Shown in pieces: positions 49,768 to 62,248 of a stretch of DNA of 64,000 nt. The DNA is from a bacterium (GTDB lineage: Bacteria; UBA10199; 2-02-FULL-44-16; JAAZCA01). The DNA lies in contig CAXXGI010000002.1 of NCBI GenBank assembly GCA_963674695.2, positions 1 through 64,000 on the forward strand, read 5' to 3'. The notes under the pieces are model-generated. The model was not told the DNA's origin. It did no database searches and worked only from the letters and a program-made list of their open reading frames with translations. Every line of letters starts with the position of its first letter. The first letter of the stretch is position 1. The position numbers and the translations under genes were made by a program.

Positions 49768-50886
49768 ATGCACATTACCTCTCTTCACCTGCGCAGCTTT
49801 CGCAATATCGGCGAGGAGCGCATCGAGTTGTCGCCTGCGTTCAATCTCTTCGTGGGTCCAAATGCACAGGGCAAGACCAACGTCGTCGAAGCGGTGGGGC
49901 TCCTCTCCATCGGCCGCTCCTTTCGTACCTCCGAATTTCGCGACATGATTCAGTGGAAATCGCCCACAGGGGCCGTGCGCGCGCAAACGGTGGGGGAGGC
50001 GGGGGGCGACGACCTTCACGTCACGCTCGACGAGAGCCGCAAGACGTTCCTGCGCAACCAGAAGCGGACGCGCCCTGGTGGATTTTCCGGCATGCGGATC
50101 GTGCTCTTTGCGCCCGAGGAGATCGGCCTCATCCGGGGCTCCCCCGCAGGGCGACGGCGCTATCTCGATACCCTTATCGGCCAGCTCGTCCCCGGCTATC
50201 GCACGACCGTGCGCAACTATGAGCGCGTCGTCGCACAGCGCAACCGCCTCCTGCAGGACGATGCTCAACCACGCAACCTGCGGGAAGCGGCGATGCCGGC
50301 CTGGGATACCCAGATCATACAGCTCGGTGCAGCGATCATCTCCACACGCCAGCGTTGGATCGGCGAGATCAATCGGTTTCTCCCCCACCGATACAACGCG
50401 ATTGCGCCAAACGATGCTCCGGCAACGCTTCACTACTGCCCCCACGACGGCGCAGGCGCGCTCGTGTTGGACGAACAGGCCCTTCGCCAGGCCCTGAGTC
50501 AGGCCCTCACCGCGCGTTGCTCCGACGAGTGGATACGCGGCGTCACGCTCGTCGGTCCCCATCGCGACGAGATCGAACCGATCATCGGCGACAATACCGT
50601 CAAACACTTCGGCTCACAGGGGCAGCACCGCACCTTCGTCCTGGCGCTCAAGATCGCCGAGGTGGAGCTGATGCGCGAGATCACCGGCGAGATGCCGATC
50701 CTTATCCTCGACGACGTGGCCAGTGAACTCGATGCTGCAAGGCGGCGCTATTTCTTCGACTATCTCTGCGCCATTCAGGGGCAGGTCTTCATCACCGCGA
50801 CGAGCCCCGATGACGTGGGGCTTGGGTCCCAGGCACAGGTGCGCTGCTTCGATGTTGTCGCTGGGCACATTGATATCCGCAAATGA
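49768..50886 (+). CDS. recF: RecF
   Basis: GPNAQGKTN, GPHRD, GSQGQHR and LDDVASELD. Confidence 0.96.
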   Translation: MHITSLHLRSFRNIGEERIELSPAFNLFVGPNAQGKTNVVEAVGLLSIGRSFRTSEFRDMIQWKSPTGAVRAQTVGEAGGDDLHVTLDESRKTFLRNQKRTRPGGFSGMRIVLFAPEEIGLIRGSPAGRRRYLDTLIGQLVPGYRTTVRNYERVVAQRNRLLQDDAQPRNLREAAMPAWDTQIIQLGAAIISTRQRWIGEINRFLPHRYNAIAPNDAPATLHYCPHDGAGALVLDEQALRQALSQALTARCSDEWIRGVTLVGPHRDEIEPIIGDNTVKHFGSQGQHRTFVLALKIAEVELMREITGEMPILILDDVASELDAARRRYFFDYLCAIQGQVFITATSPDDVGLGSQAQVRCFDVVAGHIDIRK

Positions 50887-50983
50887 TGCTATAGCAATGT
50901 TTGCGGCGATTTTCCCTCTGCCATTTTGCTTTACTTCCCCCGGTCGGTGTGGTACTCCCCTTCGCGTCTCACGCATACACTGA

Positions 50984-53560
<2,577 letters not shown>

Positions 53561-53564
53561 TTGG

Positions 53565-53635
53565 TGTCATCCCCGCGAACGCGGGGATCTCGATTGGCCA
53601 TTACGAGCGAGATTCCCGCCTGCGCGGGAATGACA
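53565..53635. repeat. REP-like palindrome
   Basis: TGTCATCCCCGCGAACGCGGGGATCTC...GAGATTCCCGCCTGCGCGGGAATGACA. Confidence 0.85.
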
Positions 53636-53674
53636 ATCTCTGTTTTGCGGGAATGGCAGGTTCAAGGGGTGAAC

Positions 53675-53720
53675 AAAAAAACGGCCGGTGGAGATCGTCT
53701 CCGCCGGCCGTTTGTGTTTT
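53675..53720. terminator. Bidirectional terminator
   Basis: AAAAAAACGGCCGGTGGAGA-TCG-TCTCCGCCGGCCGTTTGTGTTTT. Confidence 0.75.
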
Positions 53721-53736
53721 CGATAGACTCGATTTC

Positions 53737-54222
53737 CTACCCGATCTTCAGGCTCTTCAAAAACAGCTGGAACGGCTTGTAGTAGTCGTTGAATTTGTCG
53801 TCGGGAAAGCTGGCCGTCATGTTGATGGCGAGCTTCTCTTTCAACAGCGTCACCTGCACCTGCTTGACGATCTGTCCCGGCTGGACGTTCGGGGCCGGCT
53901 TGTCCGGCTGCTGCTGCTTCATCATCTCGGCCATGGCGGAGACATCCCAGCTGCAGACCATCATCTTGCCGCGCACGCCGGAGATGGCGATATCCTTCTC
54001 GTCCGAGATTTTGAGGTCCTTGATGCCGCGTTTCTGGATGGAATCTTTGATGCGGCCGAAGTAGCTGGTCAGGTCGATCTCCTGGGGCAGGTACTCCTTG
54101 GTGAGAATGACATTCGGCTTGACGTTGGGGTCCGAAGAAGGCAACGTCAGCGTCAACATCCCCTGAACGTTCCAGTCTTCGGGGGTTTGCGCGGATAGAT
54201 CACCGATTTGAATCTGTGGCAT
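53737..54222 (-). CDS. Hypothetical protein, DcrB/DUF1795(PsbP)-like fold suspected
   Basis: AGGAGG RBS; PEDW...NVILTKE...ISGVRG...FQLFLKSLKI pattern. Confidence 0.6.
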   Translation of the reverse strand: MPQIQIGDLSAQTPEDWNVQGMLTLTLPSSDPNVKPNVILTKEYLPQEIDLTSYFGRIKDSIQKRGIKDLKISDEKDIAISGVRGKMMVCSWDVSAMAEMMKQQQPDKPAPNVQPGQIVKQVQVTLLKEKLAINMTASFPDDKFNDYYKPFQLFLKSLKIG

Positions 54223-54298
54223 AAGCCCTCCTTTTTCGTGTTCGGCGACGCTAACACGGATATATGGGGGGCACAAGTGGATTTGAGGTAGGTTGCCG

Positions 54299-55507
54299 AT
54301 GGAACACCGCTTCACCGTTCCCCCGCAGGAAGCGGGCGAACGCATCGATACGTGGCTGACCAAGAAGTTGGGTCACTACTCCCGAAAACAGATCAAGGCG
54401 CTCCTCGATGGCGGCCGCATTATCGTCAACCGTCGTCGTGTGCTCATCGCCGGCTGGGAACTCGAGCCCGATGACAACATCGAGGTGCGCATTCCGCCGG
54501 GGTTTGACAAGCGGCCTGAAGGCGCCGAGGCCCCAACACCGAAGGCGCCGCGCGAACAAGCGTCCCCGTTGAAACACGAACACGGCGAACGCGTCAGCAC
54601 CTCGATCGATCGCTTCCTCGAGCGGAGCAAGGATCGCCGTCAACGAGCCGACGAAGCGGCGCGCGCGGAACGCGAGAATTCCAAGGGGAAGGCGCCGGGC
54701 GGAAGACCGAAGGGCAGAGGTGATCGCGCCAAGGAGAAGGGGCAGGGCGAAGGACGGCAGAAGGGGCGCGAATGGCTGCACGTCTATCATGAGGATCGCG
54801 ATATCATCGTGGTGGAAAAACCCGCCGGCATCCTCTCCATTCCGCCGAAACGCGAAGAGGGCAAACCCCAGGAGGCGCGCGGTGGGCGCCGGAGTCGGCG
54901 TAACAGTCGCGATACGCTCTTGGCGCAGGTGCAGCGCTATGTGCGTCGGCGTCATCCGGATGCAAAGGGCGTCTTTGTCTCGCCGCTGCATCGGCTGGAT
55001 GTGGAGACCAGCGGCATCATGGTCTTTGCGCTTTCCAATGCGGGCAAACGTCTCTCCCGTCAGTTTCGGGAACACACCATCGTGCGCGAATATACCGCTG
55101 TCGTCGGGGGGCGCTTAGAGAAGGAACAGGGCGTCATCGATCGGCCGCTCGAGAAGGGGAAGTACGCCGGAGGTCGCAAGACGCGCGAGGCCGAGTCCGG
55201 CGAGGGCCAGCGCGCGGTGACCGAGTGGCGCGTCAAAGAACGCTATGGGGATGCCACCCAGCTCATCGTGCGCGTGCGCACCGGACGCACGCACCAGATT
55301 CGCGTGCACCTGGCCGGCGAGGGCCATCCCGTCGTTGGCGACACCACCTATGGCGAGGGCGGGCGCAAGATGGCCTTCCGTCGCCACGCCCTGCACGCCC
55401 ACACGCTCTCCTTCAAGCATCCCAGCGGCAGTGCCAAGCTCAACTTCAACTCACCGCTCCCCGAAGATATGGTCAAACTCATCGACGATCTGCGCGAAGG
55501 GAAATGA
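54299..55507 (+). CDS. RluA/RluD-family pseudouridine synthase with an S4 domain and a charged insertion
   Basis: GERIDTWL, VEKPAG, HRLDVETSG, TGRTHQIRVH and ALHAHTL. Confidence 0.92.
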   Translation: MEHRFTVPPQEAGERIDTWLTKKLGHYSRKQIKALLDGGRIIVNRRRVLIAGWELEPDDNIEVRIPPGFDKRPEGAEAPTPKAPREQASPLKHEHGERVSTSIDRFLERSKDRRQRADEAARAERENSKGKAPGGRPKGRGDRAKEKGQGEGRQKGREWLHVYHEDRDIIVVEKPAGILSIPPKREEGKPQEARGGRRSRRNSRDTLLAQVQRYVRRRHPDAKGVFVSPLHRLDVETSGIMVFALSNAGKRLSRQFREHTIVREYTAVVGGRLEKEQGVIDRPLEKGKYAGGRKTREAESGEGQRAVTEWRVKERYGDATQLIVRVRTGRTHQIRVHLAGEGHPVVGDTTYGEGGRKMAFRRHALHAHTLSFKHPSGSAKLNFNSPLPEDMVKLIDDLREGK

Positions 55508-55521
55508 CAACACTTGCTGTC

Positions 55522-55641
55522 GTCATTCCCGCGAAGGCGGGAATCTCGATTTTCAAGTACTTCGAGATTCCCGCCTTCGCGGGAATGACAAAAATCAATG
55601 CGAGAACGACAAAAATCAAAGCGGGAATGACAAAAATCAAG
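55522..55641. repeat. REP-like palindrome plus three ~21-bp tandem copies of its right end
   Basis: GTCATTCCCGCGAAGGCGGGAATCTC...GCGGGAATGACAAAAATCAA, with the last segment repeated. Confidence 0.8.
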
Positions 55642-55658
55642 CTCACAAGCCTTCAAAC

Positions 55659-58600
55659 TTACCTGCGTACATCGTACACACCCAGGTCGATGACGTAGCG
55701 CTTCCATTCAATTCGATTGTTCTCATCGAGGTAGTGATAGGCCCCATAGAGGTCGACGTCGAAGCGATTGGCGTCGATGCGCGTGAAGACGAGGCCGTCG
55801 CCGGCAAGAACCGTAAAGCCCATATCAGCCCCGCCGTTCTCACCGCCGCTCGGTCCAGCATAGGAGGCGCTGTCGCATTCACCGGCACCCGTCGGATCGT
55901 CGGATCCTGCCTTGACCGCATGGTTGTGCCAGTGCATCTGCCAGCCAAAGCGGGTTGCGAGGTAGTACGATGAAGGTACATAGGCCCCATCGAACCCCCC
56001 GACGAGCGCGGCGCGCTGCTCCTTGAGCTGTTTCTTCACCGCCGGATCGCCGGCCTTGGCGATCTGCTCGTCGATGAGACGGATGAGCTTTCGGTTTTCA
56101 TCGACCGTTCCCGACGGCGCGTGGACGATCGCCAGCGGATCGTAGAGAGAAGCGATGCCGCTGCCCTGACCATCGGCCTGCACCAGATACCCGCCGTATT
56201 CGGTCGATTCATCGGCATAGTCGGCTTCGATCTGTTTGTGGATGCCCTGGACGAATGCGGGTGTGTCCAGGTTGTTGAGGACCCACTGCATCTTGATGAG
56301 CTTGGCGATCGGGAGCGATTCCAGCGTTTCGCGGCTGACCGATTCGCGAAAGTGGTAGAGGCGATTTTTTTCGCGCCGTCGGATGGGCAGCATCGCGAGC
56401 TGATCCATCAGCGATTCGACGAGCGCCGCCTTGTTCCGTTCCCCCATGACGGAGGCATAGGTTTGCTGTGGCAGGGCATGTGTGTAAAGGGCATAGTCGT
56501 GGAGCGAGAACCCGTGCTCGGGGTCGTCGTCGAAGAACCAGCGACCGTTTCGTGATTCACGCGCCGCGCGCACGACGATCTCGCCCGATGCAAACCCTTG
56601 GCGATGCGACCGGAAGAATTTATCCTGCAGATCGTGACGAAACGTCGAGAGTGCGGCGAGATCCAGCGGGATTGCCAGCTGGCTCTTGGGCAGGATCATC
56701 GGATTGCGGTATTCGTCGAAGCGCCAATCGCGAAAGCGCTCGGCGAGCGCATCGAGCATGTCGAACGCACGTTTGCGTTCCATCGGCGGACGATCGAGGA
56801 TCGCCTCGCTCCAGGTCTGAAGGAGCTGGGAAAGCGATATGCTTTTCGTAAAGCGCTCATCGAGAAGGCCTCGCTCTTTGAGGTGCGCAAGCGCCGGAAG
56901 GACATCCGGAATATCCATGAGCGCGACCGACCCAGCCGCACTCAAGGAAATGCCCTTTGTGCGGAGCTCGCCGTTGAAGCTCGACCAGCGCGCATATTGC
57001 TCCTCGGTGAGCCCCAAGAGCGATACCGCCGATGGATCGTCCCCGTGTGCCCTCAGGCGTTCGGCCTGCTTCTCGGTCAGGCCCAGGAGGACGGAGTCGG
57101 CGTAAAATCGTGAGATGCTGAGGCCCGCCTTGTCCCAAGTGCCCAGCAGTTTGCGCAGCTTGCCTTCGCCTTCTTTGCAGAAGCGATCGAAGAGCATCTG
57201 AAAGGCATTCGATGACGTGAAGCGCAGTTCATCGTGCCGCTCGACCAGGATGTCGATGAAGGCACCCAGCGCATCCGACTTCTCGACGATGATCGCGCGA
57301 AGGGTCTCGAGGTGGGAGACAAGCCGCTCTGGTCCCTCTTCATTGTGGATGTAAATCTCCAGGGTCAAATGGCGAAAGAACAGGTTGAGCAACCGCTCCC
57401 GGCTCTCTTCGGAAAGCGTGTCCAGACTGCGCTCGATGGCGACGAGGGCCTGATGGACGCGTTCGTCGTCCAGGAATGTCCGAGCGGGGATGACGCCGTG
57501 TTGCGCCTCGTTATTGCGCACGATCGACTGCACCATCTGTGCAGAAAGGGCGCGCGTGACCCGTGGTGCCTTCTGCAGAAGTTCCATCGGCGGGCGGGCG
57601 AGGAAGAGGAGCGCGATGATGGCACCCTCTTTGCGCCCTTGCATGGCGTTCGAGTCGATCGCTTCTCGCTCGATGAGGGCAAGCTCCGCATCGGAGGGGA
57701 CGCGGCCGTTCGCGCCGAGGATGAAGTGCCGGAGCAGATTTCGCTTCAGGGCCGCGTGCGCTTCGGGTTTGTCGCGCAGGAGTTCCGGCCGTTCCAAGGG
57801 GATACGGCCCGCGACGCGTTCGGTCCAGGCGTCCAGACGCGCCAGCTCCGCCTCGGTCGGCCTGGGTGCGCCTGCGGAGATGGAGGGTTCGAAGATCTGT
57901 TCGAGGTGATAGAGGGTATCCCAGATTTCACGCCGGAGTTGATCGTCGTTTTCGATCGCCTCCGGGAGATCATAGGTTTGGGATGTCGCGGCGAGCCCCA
58001 CCCAGAAGGCCTTGTCGGGGATGGAGATTGCATCGAGATCCGAATCGACGAGCTTCGGCCACGTCTTCGTCTCATGTCGCTCCTTGCCCAGGGCGGCGAG
58101 CAGGGCAAAGGGAAGACCTTCGAACCGCCGTCCGAACGTATCACAGAAATCGCCCGATCCCCGAGGAATGCACATGCCCTCGAGCGGTGCGCGGTACGCG
58201 TCCACCTGTTTGCGCCATCCGTCGAGCGTCCCTTCGAGCAGGCCCTTCGCGTCGAGTGCGATGAGCATCTTCGCGGTCTGCTGCGGATAGGCGTCGGGGG
58301 CGATCCTCGGGTAGAGCATGAATCCGAAGTACTTCGCGGACTGCACATAGAGGTGATAGATCGAGGCGCTCCCCGGGTCCCGTTCGAAGGGGATGAGGCC
58401 GAGCAGTCGCTTCGGATCGCCGCCCTGTCGTTCGATTTCGACGAAGAGGCGATAGATCGGGACGTACGACAACGAGGGCTTTGCGGTGAGGCTCAATGCG
58501 TCGTGGATCTGTCGGATATATGGTTCACCGTGTGCATCGAGCAGCTCGAGGAAATGGGACAGGCGCTGATTGAAGTCGTCGCCGAGGATGTGGATGAACT

Positions 58601-59582
58601 GATCGCCGTGCAGATCGAAGAAGTCTTTCGCGTTTCCGTCCTGGAGAAAGGGGAGGAGTTTCTCCATCGATGTATCGGCCGGGTTCGCGAGCTGCGCCAG
58701 GAGCGCCTCATCCGCGCGCTTGAGAACGCCCGCCCCCTCGAGGAGCTTCTCTGCGTCTCGGCGCTTGGCGAGCATCGTGAAAAGGGCTTCTCCCTCCTTT
58801 TGCCAGCGCGCATAGAGTCGTTTGTAGAGCGGCATCTTCTGAAAGCGAAACGTGCGCTCGAGGGTTGCGTCGACGCGCCGGATAAACGCGATGCCGTCCT
58901 GCCATCCGGCGATCGTCGCCATCGCCTCGACGGCGCGCGCAAAGCGCTCGGGCGCGCGTCCGTCGACGACAGGAATATTCGTATAATCGAACCAGCGGTT
59001 GAAGCCGCTATTGAATTCGTCGGGGAAGGCCTCTTCCAACTGCTCGATCAAGGCGATCGCCTGCTTGCCGTCGCCGGACACTTCACACAGGTCGAGGATG
59101 GCGTGCTCCACCCGGGGATGGGGCGGCAGGGCGTGGTAGCGCTGGCGCGGATCCACGCCCTTCACATCCTCGACGCGCGTCGGAACCATATAGAGGTGCG
59201 ACATCAGGCGATGCCGCACGCGCACGACATCCATCCGCCAGCGCTTGCGCTTGGCAAACATGGCGGGATCGGCCAGGAGCGAGAGCTGGCCATGCCACGC
59301 CGCGAGGTTGTCCCGCCCGTATCGGGCGACCCAATCCTGTCCCACGCCGTGCTCGTCGTCGAAGACCATCGCGATCGCATCGGCGTATTCGATCTGTTCG
59401 GCTTCTGAGAGGGAGCGCGGTTCGAGGATGAGTTCGATCGCCTGCGCGAGACGCTTGGCCTCTTCGGGGTCGTCGAGTCGGGAGTTCGGATTGACGGTGC
59501 GATCGGAGAGAAAGCGCGTGAGGTCGCGGTTGATATTCTCCGGTTGGGCAACGCTCTGACGCGGGCGAGTCGGTCCGGGCAT
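55659..59582 (-). CDS. 1307-aa orphan protein with a C-terminal JAB/MPN-like motif
   Basis: Long ORF with consistent codon usage; C-terminal STEYGGYL...WHNHA...GPSGGENGGAD; no signal peptide. Confidence 0.75.
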   Translation of the reverse strand: MPGPTRPRQSVAQPENINRDLTRFLSDRTVNPNSRLDDPEEAKRLAQAIELILEPRSLSEAEQIEYADAIAMVFDDEHGVGQDWVARYGRDNLAAWHGQLSLLADPAMFAKRKRWRMDVVRVRHRLMSHLYMVPTRVEDVKGVDPRQRYHALPPHPRVEHAILDLCEVSGDGKQAIALIEQLEEAFPDEFNSGFNRWFDYTNIPVVDGRAPERFARAVEAMATIAGWQDGIAFIRRVDATLERTFRFQKMPLYKRLYARWQKEGEALFTMLAKRRDAEKLLEGAGVLKRADEALLAQLANPADTSMEKLLPFLQDGNAKDFFDLHGDQFIHILGDDFNQRLSHFLELLDAHGEPYIRQIHDALSLTAKPSLSYVPIYRLFVEIERQGGDPKRLLGLIPFERDPGSASIYHLYVQSAKYFGFMLYPRIAPDAYPQQTAKMLIALDAKGLLEGTLDGWRKQVDAYRAPLEGMCIPRGSGDFCDTFGRRFEGLPFALLAALGKERHETKTWPKLVDSDLDAISIPDKAFWVGLAATSQTYDLPEAIENDDQLRREIWDTLYHLEQIFEPSISAGAPRPTEAELARLDAWTERVAGRIPLERPELLRDKPEAHAALKRNLLRHFILGANGRVPSDAELALIEREAIDSNAMQGRKEGAIIALLFLARPPMELLQKAPRVTRALSAQMVQSIVRNNEAQHGVIPARTFLDDERVHQALVAIERSLDTLSEESRERLLNLFFRHLTLEIYIHNEEGPERLVSHLETLRAIIVEKSDALGAFIDILVERHDELRFTSSNAFQMLFDRFCKEGEGKLRKLLGTWDKAGLSISRFYADSVLLGLTEKQAERLRAHGDDPSAVSLLGLTEEQYARWSSFNGELRTKGISLSAAGSVALMDIPDVLPALAHLKERGLLDERFTKSISLSQLLQTWSEAILDRPPMERKRAFDMLDALAERFRDWRFDEYRNPMILPKSQLAIPLDLAALSTFRHDLQDKFFRSHRQGFASGEIVVRAARESRNGRWFFDDDPEHGFSLHDYALYTHALPQQTYASVMGERNKAALVESLMDQLAMLPIRRREKNRLYHFRESVSRETLESLPIAKLIKMQWVLNNLDTPAFVQGIHKQIEADYADESTEYGGYLVQADGQGSGIASLYDPLAIVHAPSGTVDENRKLIRLIDEQIAKAGDPAVKKQLKEQRAALVGGFDGAYVPSSYYLATRFGWQMHWHNHAVKAGSDDPTGAGECDSASYAGPSGGENGGADMGFTVLAGDGLVFTRIDANRFDVDLYGAYHYLDENNRIEWKRYVIDLGVYDVRR

Positions 59583-59614
59583 AATTCATCTCCAGGACCC
59601 CCGCCCTATTCCTA

Positions 59615-59641
59615 TTATCGTCAGGAGACGAACAAAGTTGT
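59615..59641 (-). promoter_or_regulatory. Sigma28-like promoter 9
   Basis: ACAACTTT-gttcgtctcct-GACGATAA. Confidence 0.68.
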
Positions 59642-59710
59642 GTTGGAAAACAAACAACCTAGAGGTGACGTGCGGGTGCTGACGGCAAATGAACATGGCC
59701 AGGAAATCGG

Positions 59711-60853
59711 TTATATCGGTGGTGTCCAAGCCTGCGCGATCGCGACGGTGTCGTTCGATGCGATGCGTGTGGTATTCGTTTCGAGCGCGACGATGTCGCC
59801 GCGACGGACGCGATCGAAGGCGGCGTTTGTCTCCGACGCATCGCGGTCGAGGCGCCGCACGCGACGGAGTTCGCCGTTCGATCCGCACAGGACGAGTTCG
59901 ATCTTTCCCTTCGAGCGGATGGGGCTGGAGACGACACGATGGAGTGTATTATGGTGCCCCCGGTCTCGGGTCTCAGGTCTCGGGTCTCGAGTCAGAATGA
60001 GATAGGCCATCTTGAGAAACCGGTGATCCAGGCCGGTGAGCGCATCGATGCGTGCGATGAGTGGGGGACGTTTCCACTCGCAATAGAAGTGGCACCAGTC
60101 GCGCTCGTTTGCGGCGAGCATGGGGCAGGATTTCTGATGGAGGCAGGGCGCGATGACCTTCATGCCCTCCCCGGTGAGTGTGTCGCGCAATGCCATCAGG
60201 GGACGGGTCGTCTTGCGGAGCGCCGGGTCGATGATGAGGAGGCGGCCCTCCCGTTCGAGATGGTCGGCCAGGAGCGCGCGGGTAAACACGAGTGCTGTCG
60301 CCGCATCGTCGAATTCATTGAGGAGGTTGGCAGCACAGATGAGATCGAAGCGATTCATCCCGATGGCTGTGCCTGGATTGGTCGGATCGATCTGTGCTCG
60401 AATCGTTTCGAGCCCATGGTTTTTCGGTGCGACGCGATCGAAGAGTGCGCGAGCATCGGAGAGAATGTCGGCGTTCTGTTCGACGGCGGTGAAGCGAACG
60501 GCCGCATCGGGAAAGCGCTCGGCCAGAATAAGCGATGCGGCCAGTGTCACCGATCCGGGGCCGCTGCCGAGGTCCAGGATCGCAAGCGGTCGATTCGGAG
60601 GGAGCGAGAGGGTTTCGAACGCGGCTGCTAGGGCGTGCATCGCCTTTGCGGCATTGAGCAGGAGAAAACAGCCGACGTAGGCCGCACGCCGGCCGGGGTC
60701 GGCGAGATAATCCGCCGGCAGCTCGTCGCGCTCCTTGGTGAAGGCATCCGAGAGCGCCTTCACGCGCGCCGCGAGCGGCCCCACCGACCTGGCGTCAGGC
60801 AGACCCAGGTGCGCGAGCACGGCCGATTCGAGGTGATCGAGGGCGGAGATCAT
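59711..60853 (-). CDS. Rsm22-family SAM-dependent methyltransferase
   Basis: AAY, ILDLGSGPGS and APCLHQKSCPM...DWCHF. Confidence 0.82.
   Translation of the reverse strand: MISALDHLESAVLAHLGLPDARSVGPLAARVKALSDAFTKERDELPADYLADPGRRAAYVGCFLLLNAAKAMHALAAAFETLSLPPNRPLAILDLGSGPGSVTLAASLILAERFPDAAVRFTAVEQNADILSDARALFDRVAPKNHGLETIRAQIDPTNPGTAIGMNRFDLICAANLLNEFDDAATALVFTRALLADHLEREGRLLIIDPALRKTTRPLMALRDTLTGEGMKVIAPCLHQKSCPMLAANERDWCHFYCEWKRPPLIARIDALTGLDHRFLKMAYLILTRDPRPETRDRGHHNTLHRVVSSPIRSKGKIELVLCGSNGELRRVRRLDRDASETNAAFDRVRRGDIVALETNTTRIASNDTVAIAQAWTPPI
59962..59992. repeat. 7-bp repeat (GGTCTCR)x4 inside the Rsm22-like CDS
   Basis: Translated as TRDPRPETRD. Confidence 0.7.
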
Positions 60854-61144
60854 GCCGCGATCATCGGTGAGAACGACGAAAATGTCCAGGCGTGTTGGCC
60901 GTCACGATTTTTTGGCCGGGTTGAATCGGTATTGTAACAGGGATAAAACAGGCCGCAGGGGTGGGACGCCAATCGGACACCTCTCGCTATTTTAAAAAAA
61001 CATGCCGGATAATCGTTTAATATTATATGCAAATTTTGAGGCGTCGGATTTGGGATCTATTTTTTACACACTATTTCCGAGAATGGTGCGATAGCCTCTA
61101 CGTGAAATGCTCATGAGGCCGTTCATCGCAGAAAGGAGATTTCC

Positions 61145-62248
61145 ATGAACGTACAACCATTCAATCATCCGTCCTCTCTGTACATCCTGCCGGATCTCGC
61201 ATTTGGAGATGTCGTGAGCACCGTGCAAAATTTTATAGGCGACCCTGTCGACGGAGATATTCAGGGTGCGGCCGTGAGCGTACAAAATTGTTTCGAGTCG
61301 GATGCATTTTCCTATCGTTCGGACAACGACCAGGTGCAATTGCGGTTGCCGAGTTCATCGGGAGCGAAAGAATATACCCGCGCGGAATTTACGGGGGTGA
61401 TGCAGAAGGGATTTTCCCGCTGGCTCGAGGATATCGCATTGCAGCCGAGGCTGCGGGATGTTGCCGGGAAAGAAAAGCTCAATGACACCTCTCTGCCGGA
61501 TATCGTCTCGGCAGGACTTCTGACGATGGAGTCGGTGGAGATGTATAATGAAGCCCTCTTGGCCGATACGCCCTGGAATCGCTTCATCGATCCACAGCCT
61601 CAGGAGCGCACACAGGGAGGATATCTGCGTTTAGGCTCGGAGGTGATTGTTGCGGGGATGGCAACGAGCGCGATCGAGGTCTTCGCAAACACGACAAGGG
61701 TCCTGGCACGTTTGCCCCGCGCCATGGCCAAGGGATATGAGACGGCGTTTCATTCGCCGCGCATCACGCCGACGCTCAAGGTGCTCATCGCTGCCGGGAT
61801 CCCGGGTGTTGCGGTTGCCGTTCCGCCCTCGGTGATGATCACATCGGGAATGTTGGGGTGGTATCGCGGAATGTTTGCGCGCGAGTATGGCATTATGGGG
61901 GCGATCGGTTTCGGGATGAACGACGTCACGCGTTTCTGGAAAGCGAGCGGCGTTCGGAATATCGATGCCCTCTCTGTGGCGGCAATGCGCAGGCTTCCCG
62001 ATCGGCAGGAACCGATCGGCGTTCGGGAGGCGGCAAAGATGTTGGGAAGAGAATCGAAGGGGTTGGGGAGGGAAGCGGCTGCAGGAGCAAGAATGGTAAA
62101 AACGGAAGCAGTGAAATTGGGGCGAGGGGTGATCGGAGAGGTAAGGGTTCTGGGGAGGGAAGCGATGAAGCTGAGGGGAGAGATCAGAGCGTTGAAGCGA
62201 CAGGCAAGAGGCCTTCTCCGGCTAGGGTATGAATTGTGGCCATTATAA
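61145..62248 (+). CDS. Orphan protein with a hydrophobic middle region and C-terminal LGRE-type repeats
   Basis: AAGGAG RBS; LGRESKG LGREAAA...LGRGVIG...LGREAMK. Confidence 0.68.
   Translation: MNVQPFNHPSSLYILPDLAFGDVVSTVQNFIGDPVDGDIQGAAVSVQNCFESDAFSYRSDNDQVQLRLPSSSGAKEYTRAEFTGVMQKGFSRWLEDIALQPRLRDVAGKEKLNDTSLPDIVSAGLLTMESVEMYNEALLADTPWNRFIDPQPQERTQGGYLRLGSEVIVAGMATSAIEVFANTTRVLARLPRAMAKGYETAFHSPRITPTLKVLIAAGIPGVAVAVPPSVMITSGMLGWYRGMFAREYGIMGAIGFGMNDVTRFWKASGVRNIDALSVAAMRRLPDRQEPIGVREAAKMLGRESKGLGREAAAGARMVKTEAVKLGRGVIGEVRVLGREAMKLRGEIRALKRQARGLLRLGYELWPL

Noticed and set aside
60854-60890. Possible extra sigma28-like site before the Rsm22-like gene
   Set aside because: It fits TGGACA-N17-GATGAT (sigma70-like, leaderless) at least as well, and lacks the CAAC -35 core.
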